A program made the position numbers and the translations under genes. Shown in pieces: positions 48,657 through 58,820 of a DNA stretch of 64,000 nucleotides. Below the pieces are notes generated by a model. That model saw nothing but the letters and a program-made list of their open reading frames with translations, was not told where the DNA came from and did no database searches. This stretch comes from Candidatus Aenigmatarchaeota archaeon. Lineage in GTDB: Archaea > Aenigmatarchaeota > Aenigmatarchaeia > QMZP01 > QMZT01. Numbering within the stretch: the first letter of the stretch is position 1; every line of letters begins with the position of its first letter. The stretch covers positions 262,486 through 326,485 of the forward strand of contig CAVSBQ010000002.1 of NCBI GenBank assembly GCA_963726265.1. Direction: 5' to 3'.

Positions 48657-49271
48657 ATGACGGTCAAGATAGGTGTTTTGGGTTCGACGAAGGGAACGGA
48701 CATGCAGGCGCTTATAGACGCGATAAGCAGGAAGCAGCTGGACGCGCAGATAGTCTGCGTGATTTCGAACAAGGAAGATGCTTACATTCTCGAGCGCGCG
48801 AGGGATCACAGCATAGAAGCCATATTCCTCGAATACGAGGGAGGGAAACAGATCCTTTTCGACAAGGCTGCCGCCCATGAGTTCGACAAACGCGGCGCGG
48901 AACTCATCCTGCTCATAGGCTTCATGCGCGTAGTCTCGCCGTGGTTCTGCACCCATTACGAGAACAGGCTCATGAACATCCATCCGTCGCTGCTCCCGCT
49001 GTTCGCTGGAGGCAAAGACCTAAACGTGCACGAAGAGGTCCTTAAAATGGGCCTGAAGGTCACTGGCTGCACGCTCCACTTCGTGACCGCTGACGTGGAC
49101 AGGGGGCCGATAATCATGCAGATGCCCGTACCAGTCGACGACAACGACACGACTGAGTCGCTTAAGGCGAAGGTCCAGGCCGCGGAGCAGAATGTCATGC
49201 TCGAGGCCATAAGGCTCTTCGGCGAGGGCAAGATAAAAGTCGAAGGCAACAAGGTGAAGCTTCTCAGATGA
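48657..49271 (+). CDS. purN: Phosphoribosylglycinamide formyltransferase
   Basis: NIHPSLLP and the HFV..D.D.GPII motif. AGGAGGG SD upstream. Confidence 0.9.
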   Translation: MTVKIGVLGSTKGTDMQALIDAISRKQLDAQIVCVISNKEDAYILERARDHSIEAIFLEYEGGKQILFDKAAAHEFDKRGAELILLIGFMRVVSPWFCTHYENRLMNIHPSLLPLFAGGKDLNVHEEVLKMGLKVTGCTLHFVTADVDRGPIIMQMPVPVDDNDTTESLKAKVQAAEQNVMLEAIRLFGEGKIKVEGNKVKLLR

Positions 49272-50839
49272 AAATAAGACGCGCTCTGATTTCGGTCACG
49301 GACAAGAGAGGGATAGTCGAGTTTGCAAAATCCCTCGAGAAGCTAGATGTTGAAATAATCTCGACCGGGGGGACGGCAAAGGTTCTTAAGGAAAACGGCG
49401 TGAGGCTTGTTCCCATCGAAGAGTTCACCGGCCTGCCCGAGATGATGGACGGCCGCGTCAAGACGCTGCACCCGAAAGTCCACGGCGGGATTCTCGCTGT
49501 CCGCGAAAACAAAAGCCACATGGAGCAGGCGTCAGGCCACGGCATAAGCATGATAGACATGGTCGTCGTGAACCTGTACGCGTTCAGGAAGACTGTCGAG
49601 GCGGGCGCATCGCACGAGGAAACTATCGAGAACATAGACATCGGAGGGCCGGCGCTGGTACGCTCGTCCGCCAAGAACTACAGGGACGTCGTCATAGTAA
49701 CGGACCCGGAAGATTACGGCATGGTCCTGGAAAAGATAAAGAAGGACGGGGACGTGGACCTTCGCACCCGTGAGACGCTGGCCCTGAAAGCCTTCAGAAT
49801 GACAGGCGATTACGACAGCGACATTGAAAGCTACCTGTCCAGGAAATTCACCGGCAAGGAAATGATCAGGCTGAAACTGAGCGGGGGAAAAGAGCTTCGC
49901 TACGGCGAGAACTGGCACCAGAAGGCGAAGATTTACGCCGAGGAAGGCGGGGCTTCGATAGCGAACGCAAAGCAGCTCCAGGGCAAGGAGATGTCGTACA
50001 ACAACTACCTCGACGCGGAAAGCGCGCTTGACGCCGTGCAGGAGCTTAAAATATTCGGCGGTAATGGAGCGGTCGTCGTGAAGCACACGAACCCGTGCGG
50101 TTTCGCCACCGGCGCTTCGCTCCGGGAGGCGCTCGAGAACGCGTGGAAAGGCGACCCCTTGTCGGCGTTCGGCGGCGTCATAGCGCTAACGAAGCAGGCG
50201 GATAAGGAAACGGCAGAATTCCTAAAGGAAAATTTCGTGGAAATAGTAATCGCTCCGGCTTTCGCGGATAAGGCGCTAGAGGTTTTCAAGGAGAAGAAAA
50301 ACCTGCGGCTTCTTGAAGTGCCGGATTTTTCCCCGGAAAATATCCATTTCAGGTTCCTTTCTGGAGCGATACTCCAGCAGGAGAGAGACGAGGGATACAC
50401 CGACAAAAAGGATTTCAGGAGCGTGACGAAAATTGATTTTCCTGAAAATAAAAAGGACCTCGCGCTGTTCGCATGCCTCGCGTGCAAGCACACGAAATCG
50501 AATGCTATCGTCATCGCGCGCGAATACAGGCCCGGCTTCTATCACGTGATTGGCATGGGCGCCGGCCAGCCGAACCGCGTCACTTCGCTGAAGATAGCGA
50601 TAGAAAAGACCAAGGACAATCTCAGGCTGATGCACCTTCCGGACCACGAGATTTCAAACTGCGTCCTTGCGAGCGACTCGTTTTTCCCGTTCTCCGATTC
50701 AATCGATGAGGCCGAAAAGCACGGCATCCGCTTCATTGTCCAGCCTGGAGGGTCGGTCAAGGACAGCGAAGTGATAGAAACATGCAACCTCCACGGCATA
50801 GCGATGATCTTCACCGGACGGCGCATGTTCAAGCATTAA
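49268..50839 (+). CDS. purH: Bifunctional AICAR transformylase/IMP cyclohydrolase
   Basis: ALISVTDKRGIVEFA, VKTLHPKVHGGIL and the C-terminal QPGGSVKD. ATGA overlap with purN. Confidence 0.9.
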   Translation: MKIRRALISVTDKRGIVEFAKSLEKLDVEIISTGGTAKVLKENGVRLVPIEEFTGLPEMMDGRVKTLHPKVHGGILAVRENKSHMEQASGHGISMIDMVVVNLYAFRKTVEAGASHEETIENIDIGGPALVRSSAKNYRDVVIVTDPEDYGMVLEKIKKDGDVDLRTRETLALKAFRMTGDYDSDIESYLSRKFTGKEMIRLKLSGGKELRYGENWHQKAKIYAEEGGASIANAKQLQGKEMSYNNYLDAESALDAVQELKIFGGNGAVVVKHTNPCGFATGASLREALENAWKGDPLSAFGGVIALTKQADKETAEFLKENFVEIVIAPAFADKALEVFKEKKNLRLLEVPDFSPENIHFRFLSGAILQQERDEGYTDKKDFRSVTKIDFPENKKDLALFACLACKHTKSNAIVIAREYRPGFYHVIGMGAGQPNRVTSLKIAIEKTKDNLRLMHLPDHEISNCVLASDSFFPFSDSIDEAEKHGIRFIVQPGGSVKDSEVIETCNLHGIAMIFTGRRMFKH

Positions 50840-50864
50840 AAAGCAGAGAGCGATTATTTCTTTT

Positions 50865-52181
50865 ATGAATTACGGGCAGGCGACGGGCTACATACAGCGA
50901 CTGAACAGGTTCGGCATAAAGCTCGGCCTGGAGAGAATCGAAAGGCTGCTTTCGCTTTTGGGCAATCCTCAGGACAGCTTCCGCTCCGTGCTTGTGGCAG
51001 GAACGAGCGGCAAAGGGTCGACTGTGGTCATGCTCGGCTCTGTCCTGAAAGAGGCTGGCTACAGGACGGGCGTTTTCACCAAGCCGCATCTTTTCGATTT
51101 CAGGGAACGGATATCGATTGACGGCAAAATGATTTCTGAAAGGGATTTCGTGCGGCTTGTGAAAAAAATCAAGCCTTACGCAGAAAAGGTCGCAAAGGAA
51201 TCCGAAAGCCCGACGTTCTTCGAGTTCGTGACCGCGATGGCCTTCGAACATTTCAGGGAGAAGCGCGTCGACTTCGCCGTCCTTGAAGTCGGGCTTGGAG
51301 GAAGGCTGGACGCGACGAACGTAGTGAAGCCAGAGGTCTCCGTAATCACGAACGTCTCGCTGGAGCACACCGAAATCCTCGGCGGCACGCCTGAAAAAAT
51401 CGCAGTGGAAAAGGCAGGGATAATCAGGAAAAACGGAATTCTCATCACCGCCTCTGAAAACCCAAAGGCGTTCGCGGTGCTTGAAAAAATATGCAGGGAG
51501 AGAAACGCGAAATTCGTCAGGGCGCCGGAGCTGAAGAACGCGAAATCGACGGAGTTTGGGAATGAATTCGATTTTGAAGGGACGAAAATTTCCATTCACC
51601 TTGCAGGCAGGTTCCAGCTTAAGAACGCCGCATGCGCGCTCGCTGCGCTGCGCTCGCTTACGCCGCCGATACCGAGCAGCGCGATAAAAAAAGGTATGGA
51701 AAAGGCGAGATGGTCCGGCCGCTTTGAGCTGATGAAAAACGGAAGGAAGGTCCTGCTCGACGGCGCGAAGGATGTCGAGGCGATGAAAAGCCTCGCGGCC
51801 TCGCTGGACCTGATAAGGCATGAAAGGCTTTACACCGTTTTCGGCGCGTCGAAAGACAAGCTGATCCCGGAAATGCTGCAGGCCATTTCAGGCAAGACGG
51901 ATTTTTTCGTGCTGACGAAGCACAAGGTCATGGGCAGGGGAGTGGAGCCGGCTGAACTGGCAAAGGAAGCACAAAAACACGGGAAGGATTTCCTGATTGC
52001 CGATGACGTAAAAAGTGCGGTGAAAAAGGCGATGCAGCTAGCGGGGAAGAACGACCTTGTCCTGGTCACGGGCTCGCTCTTCACCGTCGCGGAAGCGAGG
52101 GAGCTTTGGTTCAGGAAGAAGGCAAAAATGGGGCGCGAGTTCAACGAGAACGTTTCTGTCAGGCACGCCAAGCAGGACTGA
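50865..52181 (+). CDS. folC: Folylpolyglutamate synthase/dihydrofolate synthase
   Basis: Mur-ligase P-loop VAGTSGKGST with FolC-type overall organisation. 438 aa. Confidence 0.85.
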   Translation: MNYGQATGYIQRLNRFGIKLGLERIERLLSLLGNPQDSFRSVLVAGTSGKGSTVVMLGSVLKEAGYRTGVFTKPHLFDFRERISIDGKMISERDFVRLVKKIKPYAEKVAKESESPTFFEFVTAMAFEHFREKRVDFAVLEVGLGGRLDATNVVKPEVSVITNVSLEHTEILGGTPEKIAVEKAGIIRKNGILITASENPKAFAVLEKICRERNAKFVRAPELKNAKSTEFGNEFDFEGTKISIHLAGRFQLKNAACALAALRSLTPPIPSSAIKKGMEKARWSGRFELMKNGRKVLLDGAKDVEAMKSLAASLDLIRHERLYTVFGASKDKLIPEMLQAISGKTDFFVLTKHKVMGRGVEPAELAKEAQKHGKDFLIADDVKSAVKKAMQLAGKNDLVLVTGSLFTVAEARELWFRKKAKMGREFNENVSVRHAKQD

Positions 52182-52199
52182 GCCTGCAGTTATTTGCTT

Positions 52200-52802
52200 T
52201 TATTTTTTGCAGCTGATTGTGCCTTTCTCCGTTACTATCTTGTGAACCCTGACGTCGAACCTGTCGGTCGGGATCTGCTCGACTATCTGGAAATCGTAGG
52301 CCAGCGCGACAAGCGGGACGTTCTTCTTGAGCTTCTTGAGAAACCTGTCGTAAAAGCCGCGGCCGTAGCCTATCCTGTTGCCTTTTTTGTCGAAGGCTAT
52401 GCCGGGGATGATGACGAGGTCTATCTTGTCCAGCGGGAATTGCTTCGGATGCATGGGAACGGGTATGCCGAACGCTCCCGGTGAAAGCTCGTTGAGGTCG
52501 TGTATCTCCGAAATGAGCAGCTCCTTATTTTTAGGCTTCGCGAAAGGCACGAGTATCTTCTTGCCTTTCCTGAGGGATTGTGAAATCATCCTGTCGGTCC
52601 TGACCTCGCCCTTTACGGAAACGTAGAAAAGGATTATGTTGGCTTTGCTGAATTCGGGGAGCTTGAACAGTTTCTCGCGTATGGCGCAGTCCTTGCAGTG
52701 CTTTTCGCCCTTCCTGTGTTTGTCCCTTCTCTCGAGGATTCTCCTACGTATGTGATGCTTCATCCTGTGAATCCTGTGGATGACCCGTTTCATATTATAC
52801 AT
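52200..52802 (-). CDS. 5-formyltetrahydrofolate cyclo-ligase
   Basis: C-terminal GIAFDKKGNRIGYGRGFYDRFL motif of the MTHFS family. Basic N-terminal extension. Confidence 0.8.
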   Translation of the reverse strand: MYNMKRVIHRIHRMKHHIRRRILERRDKHRKGEKHCKDCAIREKLFKLPEFSKANIILFYVSVKGEVRTDRMISQSLRKGKKILVPFAKPKNKELLISEIHDLNELSPGAFGIPVPMHPKQFPLDKIDLVIIPGIAFDKKGNRIGYGRGFYDRFLKKLKKNVPLVALAYDFQIVEQIPTDRFDVRVHKIVTEKGTISCKK

Positions 52803-52902
52803 AATTGTAGTAACTAGTTAAAAAACAAGCGCATGTATTCGTATTTTCTATGAAGGAAATTTTTTATTGCCAAGGCCCATAGTTATTGTATTCGGTGAAT
52901 GC

Positions 52903-53388
52903 ATGTGGGTTGTGGGAGTAGGCTACATGGAGGGTCACAGGGACCCGCTCGGGGAGAACACGAAAGCAGATATTCTGGGGCTCGGCCTATCCAAGGTCAG
53001 CGGCGTCAGGACGCTGCAGACCTACGTCATCGAAGGCGTGAAAAGGAGCGATGCCGAGCGCGCCGGCAGTGAGCTTCTGGCGGATAGCATATTGCAGTAT
53101 TTTAACATCGCGCCGTTCTCGGAGAGCGGGAAGCACCTGAAGGGGCTCGTGAAAAACGTGAGACGTGGCGCCTGGGCGATTGAGGTCTTCTTCAGGCCGG
53201 GCGTCATGGACGTCGCCGGGCTTTCGGTGGCGAAGGCGATAGAAGTGATGGGCATAAAAAATGCGAAGGTCAGGACGGGCACGACCTACATTATTGAAGG
53301 CAGTCTCAGCGAAAAGGACGTCAAAGCCGTCTGCGAAAAATGCCTGGCCAACAAGCTGATACAGACTTATGATTACAGGAAGCTGTGA
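52903..53388 (+). CDS. purS: PurS, apparently two tandem PurS-like modules in one polypeptide
   Basis: Two segments each resemble PurS: HRDPLGEN...LGL..V..VRT...Y.IEG and RPGVMDVAGLSVAKAIEVMGIKNAKVRTGTTYIIEG...CEKCLANKLIQTYDY. ATG at 52903; the track ORF starts at a TTG at 52867. Confidence 0.7.
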   Translation: MWVVGVGYMEGHRDPLGENTKADILGLGLSKVSGVRTLQTYVIEGVKRSDAERAGSELLADSILQYFNIAPFSESGKHLKGLVKNVRRGAWAIEVFFRPGVMDVAGLSVAKAIEVMGIKNAKVRTGTTYIIEGSLSEKDVKAVCEKCLANKLIQTYDYRKL

Positions 53389-55781
53389 GGGAAATGAAAA
53401 CTAAAATCAAAACCGGCACAAGAGAAATCGCAATACTCGGCATGGACGAGAGGCAGCTGGAATACGTATCGAGTAAGCTCATGCTCGCGCTCAACACTGA
53501 GGAGATGCGCAAGATTCAGCAGTATTTCAGGAAGCTCGGCCGCAACCCTACGGACATAGAGCTCGAGACGTTCGCGCAGACGTGGTCAGAACATTGCATG
53601 CACAAGACCTTCCGCGGCAACGTCGAATACAATGGGAAGCGGATAGAAAGCCTGCTGAAGACCTACATAATAAAAGCGACGAAGGAGCTCGCCTTCCCAT
53701 GGTGCGTCCATGTTTTCGAGGACAACGCGGGCATAGTCAAGCTCGACGACAAGCACAACATAGCGGTGAAGGTCGAGACGCACAACCATCCGAGCGCGCT
53801 CGACCCTTACGGCGGAGCGGGCACGGGTTCAGGCGGCGTTTTCCGCGACGTGATGGGCGTCGGGGCGAAACCGATTCTCTCGACCGACGTCCTGTTTTTC
53901 GGCCCTCCTGATTATCCGCACGACAAGCTTCCGAAGGGCGTCCTGCACCCGAAGCGTTTGATGAAAGGCGTGGTCGCCGGCATACGCGACTACGGCAACA
54001 GGATGGGCATCCCGACGGCTAATGGCGGCTTCGGCTTCCATGAAGGTTACATAGGCAACCCGCTGGTTTATGCAGGATGCCTCGGCATAATACCGAAGGA
54101 AAAATACGTGCGCGACCCGAAGGCGGGAGACAAAGTGGTTCTGGCCGGCGGCCGCACAGGCCGCGACGGCATACACGGCGTGACCTTCGCATCGCTCGAA
54201 CTCTCGACCGAATCCGAGAAGACATCTAGCGGCGCAGTCCAGATAGGCAACGCTATCGAAGAAAAACGCGTCCTCGACGGCCTGCTCACGGCAAGGGACA
54301 GACGCGGAAAACCCCTTTATTCAGCGGTCACGGATTGCGGCGGCGGCGGGCTTAGCTCTGCGGTCGGTGAAATGGGCAAGAAGACGGGCGTGAAAGTCTG
54401 GCTCGATAAAGTGCCGCTGAAATACACGGGCCTCGAACCGTGGGAAATCTGGATATCGGAGGCGCAGGAGAGGATGATATTCGCGGTTCCGAAGGCGAAC
54501 GTTGACGAAGTCCTTGAAATCTTCAGGAACGAGAACACGGACGCGACCGTAATCGGAGAATTCACGGGCGACGAAAAGCTCACGCTCATGTTCAGGGGGA
54601 ATGTTATCGGCAAGCTGGACATGGCTTTCCTGCACGACGGCTTCCCGAAGGTCGAGAGGAAGGCGGAGTTCAAAATAAAGGAATTGCGCGACCCTGACCT
54701 TCCGGATGCGAAGGCTTTCGGCAGCGACCTCAAGGCGATACTCGGCTCGCCGACTGTTGCTAGCAAGGAATGGGTCATAAGGCAATACGACCACGAGGTC
54801 CAGGCCAGGACGGTCGTGAAACCTATCCATGGCCACGGCGGGCCGGGCGACGCATGCGTGCTCAGGCCGCTATATGACAACTGGAAGGGCATCGTCGTCT
54901 CGAACGGCTTCAACCCGAGGTTCTCGGACAACCCTTACGACATGGCGCTATCAGCGATTGACGAGGCCATGCGCAACAACGTGTGCTGCGGAGGTCGACG
55001 AATAGCGCTGCTCGACAACTTCTCGTGGGGCAATCCCGAGAAGCCCGACCGGCTTGGAGCGTTGGTCGAGGCAGTGAAGGCATGTTACGACGGCGCGAAG
55101 GGTTTCCGCGCGCCTTTCATATCGGGCAAGGATTCTCTTTACAACGAATACAGCCTAGGCAGCAGGCAAAAAACGAAGGCATCAGAAACGATTTCCATAC
55201 CATATACGCTGGTGGTGACCGCTGTCGGCGTGATGCCTGACATAAGGAAGGCCGTCACCATGGACTTGAAAGAGGAAGGCAACCCGGTCTATATGGTCGG
55301 CGATACGAAGGATGAAATGGCTGGCTCCCATTATTACATGGTAAAGCGCAGGAAGGGCGGACGTGTTCCCGGCGTCGAATTCCCTGCCGCGAGGACTGCG
55401 ATGGAAAAGATGACGGCTGCGATGGACAGAGGCGTCGTGCGCGCATGCCACGACTGCTCGGAGGGCGGGCTCGCCGTTGCCGCCGCGGAGATGTGCTTCG
55501 CCGGAGGCCTGGGCATGAAAATTGATTTGAAAAAAGTGCTGCAGAAGGGTATCAGGAAAAACTACAAGCTGTTATTCTCCGAGAGCAACTCGAGATTCGT
55601 GGTCGAAGTGGAGAAGGCGAAAGCGCATGAATTCGAGAAGATAATGGAGCACCGCGCCTCGAGAATCGGAGAAGTGACGGCCGACAAAAAGCTGGTTGCC
55701 ACCGGCCTGAACGGCGGCAAAGTCTTGAATGAAGATGTTGACGGCCTGAAAAAGGCATGGAGAAAGACTTTCAACTGGTGA
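53385..55781 (+). CDS. purL: FGAM synthase II
   Basis: WSEHCMHKTF, VETHNHPSALDPYGGAGTG and two AIR-synthase-like repeats. GTG at 53385 overlaps the purS stop; alternative ATG at 53394. Confidence 0.9.
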   Translation: MREMKTKIKTGTREIAILGMDERQLEYVSSKLMLALNTEEMRKIQQYFRKLGRNPTDIELETFAQTWSEHCMHKTFRGNVEYNGKRIESLLKTYIIKATKELAFPWCVHVFEDNAGIVKLDDKHNIAVKVETHNHPSALDPYGGAGTGSGGVFRDVMGVGAKPILSTDVLFFGPPDYPHDKLPKGVLHPKRLMKGVVAGIRDYGNRMGIPTANGGFGFHEGYIGNPLVYAGCLGIIPKEKYVRDPKAGDKVVLAGGRTGRDGIHGVTFASLELSTESEKTSSGAVQIGNAIEEKRVLDGLLTARDRRGKPLYSAVTDCGGGGLSSAVGEMGKKTGVKVWLDKVPLKYTGLEPWEIWISEAQERMIFAVPKANVDEVLEIFRNENTDATVIGEFTGDEKLTLMFRGNVIGKLDMAFLHDGFPKVERKAEFKIKELRDPDLPDAKAFGSDLKAILGSPTVASKEWVIRQYDHEVQARTVVKPIHGHGGPGDACVLRPLYDNWKGIVVSNGFNPRFSDNPYDMALSAIDEAMRNNVCCGGRRIALLDNFSWGNPEKPDRLGALVEAVKACYDGAKGFRAPFISGKDSLYNEYSLGSRQKTKASETISIPYTLVVTAVGVMPDIRKAVTMDLKEEGNPVYMVGDTKDEMAGSHYYMVKRRKGGRVPGVEFPAARTAMEKMTAAMDRGVVRACHDCSEGGLAVAAAEMCFAGGLGMKIDLKKVLQKGIRKNYKLLFSESNSRFVVEVEKAKAHEFEKIMEHRASRIGEVTADKKLVATGLNGGKVLNEDVDGLKKAWRKTFNW

Positions 55782-55807
55782 GCGCGGAAAGGGATGATGG
55801 TGAAAAG

Positions 55808-56560
55808 ATGGTAAAAACGCTTGTGCTGCGCGTCGATGGGACGAACTGTGACGAAGAGACTGCGTACGCTTTCAAGCTCGCGGGCTCCGAAACCGAAGTC
55901 GTCCACATCAACGAGCTGATACGGGGGAGGAAAGCGCTGGAGGATTTCCAGATAGTCGCGATACCGGGCGGCTTCGCGCACGGCGACGACGTCGCTTCAG
56001 GCAAGATACTCGCCACCCTGATAAGGTTCAAACTCAACAGGGATTTCATAAGGTTCATAGAAAGCGGGCGGCTGGTCATAGGCATATGCAACGGCTTCCA
56101 GGCTATCGTGAAGGCCGGACTTTTGCCTGCATTCGCCGGCTTCGGACGGCAGGAAGCCACGCTGGCCGGCAACGACTCCGGCTATTTCATCGACAGGTGG
56201 GTCCGCCTGCGACTCGTCAACAAGGGCAAGTGCATTTTCACGCGCGGCATGAAGGGCGAGATATTCGTGCCCGTAAACCACGGCGAGGGGAAGTTCGTCG
56301 CGTCTCCGGAAATAATAAGAAAACTGGAAGCAAAGGACCAAGTCGTCTTCAGGTATGTCGACAACCCGAACGGCTCGCTCAACGACATCGCGGGCATATG
56401 CAACACTGAAGGCAACGTGTTCGGCCTCATGCCGCACCCGGAAAAATTCGTATCGAAATACACGCACCCCCACTGGACGAGGGTCAGGAACCTGCCGGAG
56501 GAGGGCGACGGCCTGGCTATTTTCAAGAATGCCGTCGCATACGCGAGAAGGAAATTCTGA
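55808..56560 (+). CDS. purQ: FGAM synthase I (glutaminase subunit)
   Basis: GGFAHGDD, catalytic GICNGFQ and MPHPE motifs. ATG at 55808 follows a GGTGA SD and lies clear of the purL stop. Confidence 0.9.
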   Translation: MVKTLVLRVDGTNCDEETAYAFKLAGSETEVVHINELIRGRKALEDFQIVAIPGGFAHGDDVASGKILATLIRFKLNRDFIRFIESGRLVIGICNGFQAIVKAGLLPAFAGFGRQEATLAGNDSGYFIDRWVRLRLVNKGKCIFTRGMKGEIFVPVNHGEGKFVASPEIIRKLEAKDQVVFRYVDNPNGSLNDIAGICNTEGNVFGLMPHPEKFVSKYTHPHWTRVRNLPEEGDGLAIFKNAVAYARRKF

Positions 56561-56637
56561 AGCCGCAGAGGCAGCAGTAAAATATTTAAAGTAGTCCTAC
56601 AAAATAATTAATTAAATATAAACAGGAGTTAGATAAA

Positions 56638-56814
56638 ATGGCGTTTAGAGAAAGACGTTTCGAAGAAAGATCGGAAAGAAGAGACTTCAGACCACGCGAG
56701 ATGCACAAAGCTGTTTGTTCTGAGTGCGGAAAAGAGTGCGAAGTCCCGTTCAAGCCCACAGAGGGCAGACCGGTTTTCTGCAGAGACTGCTTTGCAAAAA
56801 GGAAGAGATTTTAG
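56638..56814 (+). CDS. 58-aa CxxC-x17-CxxC zinc-ribbon protein; below the ORF-track cutoff
   Basis: Hand translation gives MAFRERRFEERSERRDFRPREMHKAVCSECGKECEVPFKPTEGRPVFCRDCFAKRKRF. AGGAG SD about 9 nt upstream. Confidence 0.7.
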   Translation: MAFRERRFEERSERRDFRPREMHKAVCSECGKECEVPFKPTEGRPVFCRDCFAKRKRF

Positions 56815-56928
56815 AAGGGGACGCGCAGGTAGTTAGCCCGGATGCTTCGAAGTCCGGGCATTAATGCGTGAACTGGTTTAGCTGAAGCCACGTCTGAAAA
56901 AGAAATTAGCTAAAACAAAAAAAAGCAG

Positions 56929-58335
56929 CTAAAGCGCTACCGCGATGAGCGCGCAGATGACTATCGCGGCTGCCGAAACCAGAAGCCCGGCCTTGATAAG
57001 GTCCTTGAGCCTGACATAGCTGGTGGAATAGGCGATCGTCGTCGGCGGCGTGCCGCTCGGCATTATGAAGTCAAGCGATACGCCCACGCCCGCCAGCAGC
57101 GCGAGCATCCTCGGATTGACGCCTGCCACGACGGCAAGCGGAATCATCATAGGTACCATCACCGACGCCGCGGCCGTGTTGCTGGCGAAGGCGGTAAGCG
57201 CGACGCCGAAGGTTATTATGACAAGCGCCACTACCAGCGCGGGCTGGCTCGTTATAGCGCCTCCAAGAACGTTGGCCATGGTCACGTCAAGGCTCGATGC
57301 GTGCATGGCGAAGCCGAGCGAGATGCCGCCGCCTATCAGGATGAGCGACGGCCAGTCGAGCTTCCTGAAGTCTTCCGTGTTGAGCAGGCCGAAGGCGTAG
57401 AGAAGGAAGATGGGCACGAGCGAAATCGTGCCTATGTCAAGCTTGTGGATTTCCGTCGTCAGCCACAGCACGACCGTAATCGCGAAAATGGCCAGCACTT
57501 CCTTCTGTTTTTTGTCCAGTTTCCTCTTGACGTCGCTTATGTCTATTTTCCTGACCTCGGGCCTGAAGAGCAGCGTGAGGATGATGAAGGTCGAGAGCAC
57601 TAGCGCTATCATCATGGGGAGGCCGTAGTAGGACCAGTCGATGAAGCCGAAAGAATAGCCCGCCTGACCGAGGAATTTTGCGACCAGGACGTTGGGCGTG
57701 CTGCCGACCATCGTGCCAAGCCCTCCGATGGTGGCCGCGAAGCCTATGCCCAGGACCATGGACTTGCCGAAGTTCGATTTCAGGGGAAGCATCCTGTTTT
57801 CTTTCAGTATGATGAGGCCTATCGGCATCATTAACGCTGCGGCCGCGGAGTTAGCCATCCACATGGACAGGAACGCCGTCACCGCCATGATGCTCAGCAG
57901 GACCATTCTCGGCTTTGAGCCGCGGTGCACGAGCTTGTGGCCGAGGTATTCGTCGACCTTGTATTTGCTTAAAGCGAGCGCAATCGCGAAGCCGCCCAGC
58001 ACGAGGACGACGATGGAATCAAAGAACGGCGAGAATGCCTCCGCGGGCTTGAAGCCGCCGAGCACCACGAGCGCGAAGGGTATGGCCAGCGCGGTGACGT
58101 GCAAAGGGACGATTTCAGAAAGCCAGAGCACCAGCGCGGATATCGTAATCGCGAACACTATCTGCTGCGGCGTCCCGAAGCCCAGGAAATAAGACGACAG
58201 GAGAACCGAAAACGCCATGCCGACGATGACGAACACGAGCCTCTTCCACACGCTGGTGCCGCGCGCGCCGTGGACGGCAATGTGATGCACGGGATGCATC
58301 TTATGCTGCTTCGCTTGCCCGTGTCCGCGTCCCAT
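56929..58335 (-). CDS. DASS/SLC13-family (divalent anion:Na+ symporter-like) permease
   Basis: About 12 TM segments with internal pseudo-repeats carrying SNxAAA-type loops (NSAAAALM, SNTAAASVM). Confidence 0.75.
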   Translation of the reverse strand: MGRGHGQAKQHKMHPVHHIAVHGARGTSVWKRLVFVIVGMAFSVLLSSYFLGFGTPQQIVFAITISALVLWLSEIVPLHVTALAIPFALVVLGGFKPAEAFSPFFDSIVVLVLGGFAIALALSKYKVDEYLGHKLVHRGSKPRMVLLSIMAVTAFLSMWMANSAAAALMMPIGLIILKENRMLPLKSNFGKSMVLGIGFAATIGGLGTMVGSTPNVLVAKFLGQAGYSFGFIDWSYYGLPMMIALVLSTFIILTLLFRPEVRKIDISDVKRKLDKKQKEVLAIFAITVVLWLTTEIHKLDIGTISLVPIFLLYAFGLLNTEDFRKLDWPSLILIGGGISLGFAMHASSLDVTMANVLGGAITSQPALVVALVIITFGVALTAFASNTAAASVMVPMMIPLAVVAGVNPRMLALLAGVGVSLDFIMPSGTPPTTIAYSTSYVRLKDLIKAGLLVSAAAIVICALIAVAL

Positions 58336-58402
58336 AATATTTATTTTGGGCGAAGTGGGATAAAAACCAAAATCTTATAAAACATCAGCCGATAGATTAG
58401 TT

Positions 58403-58816
58403 ATGAAAGTTCTGATAATATGCGGGAGCGAGAGCGACCTCGAAGTCGCGAGAAGGGCGGAAGACGTCCTGAAGAGGAACAAGGTTGCGTTCGACATACG
58501 CGTGTCGTCCGCGCACCGGGACCCGAAAGGCACCGAGAGCATAGTGAGGAGCACGGACGCCGACGTGATAATCGCTGTTGCAGGATTGTCGGCCGCGCTG
58601 CCGGGCTTCGTCTCATCGCTTACGGACAAGCCGGTCATCGGCGTTCCCGTCGGGGTGAAGCTCGACGGCCTCGATGCGCTGCTTTCGATGATGCAGATGC
58701 CATCCGGCGTGCCTGTGGCGACGGTCGGGATAGACAACGGGAAGAACGCCGCGGAGCTTGCGATACGCATCCTTAAACTCAAGGGGAAGGCCGGGACCGG
58801 CAGAAAACAGAAGTGA
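58403..58816 (+). CDS. purE: Phosphoribosylaminoimidazole carboxylase catalytic subunit / N5-CAIR mutase family
   Basis: GSESD, SAHR and AGLSAALPG motifs. Confidence 0.9.
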   Translation: MKVLIICGSESDLEVARRAEDVLKRNKVAFDIRVSSAHRDPKGTESIVRSTDADVIIAVAGLSAALPGFVSSLTDKPVIGVPVGVKLDGLDALLSMMQMPSGVPVATVGIDNGKNAAELAIRILKLKGKAGTGRKQK

Positions 58817-58820
58817 TGAA

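Noticed and set aside
56836-56859. Hairpin GCCCGGA-N10-TCCGGGC after the CxxC gene, considered as a terminator or ncRNA element.
   Set aside because: It is a single 7-bp stem without a following T-tract or other context, and is insufficient to call.
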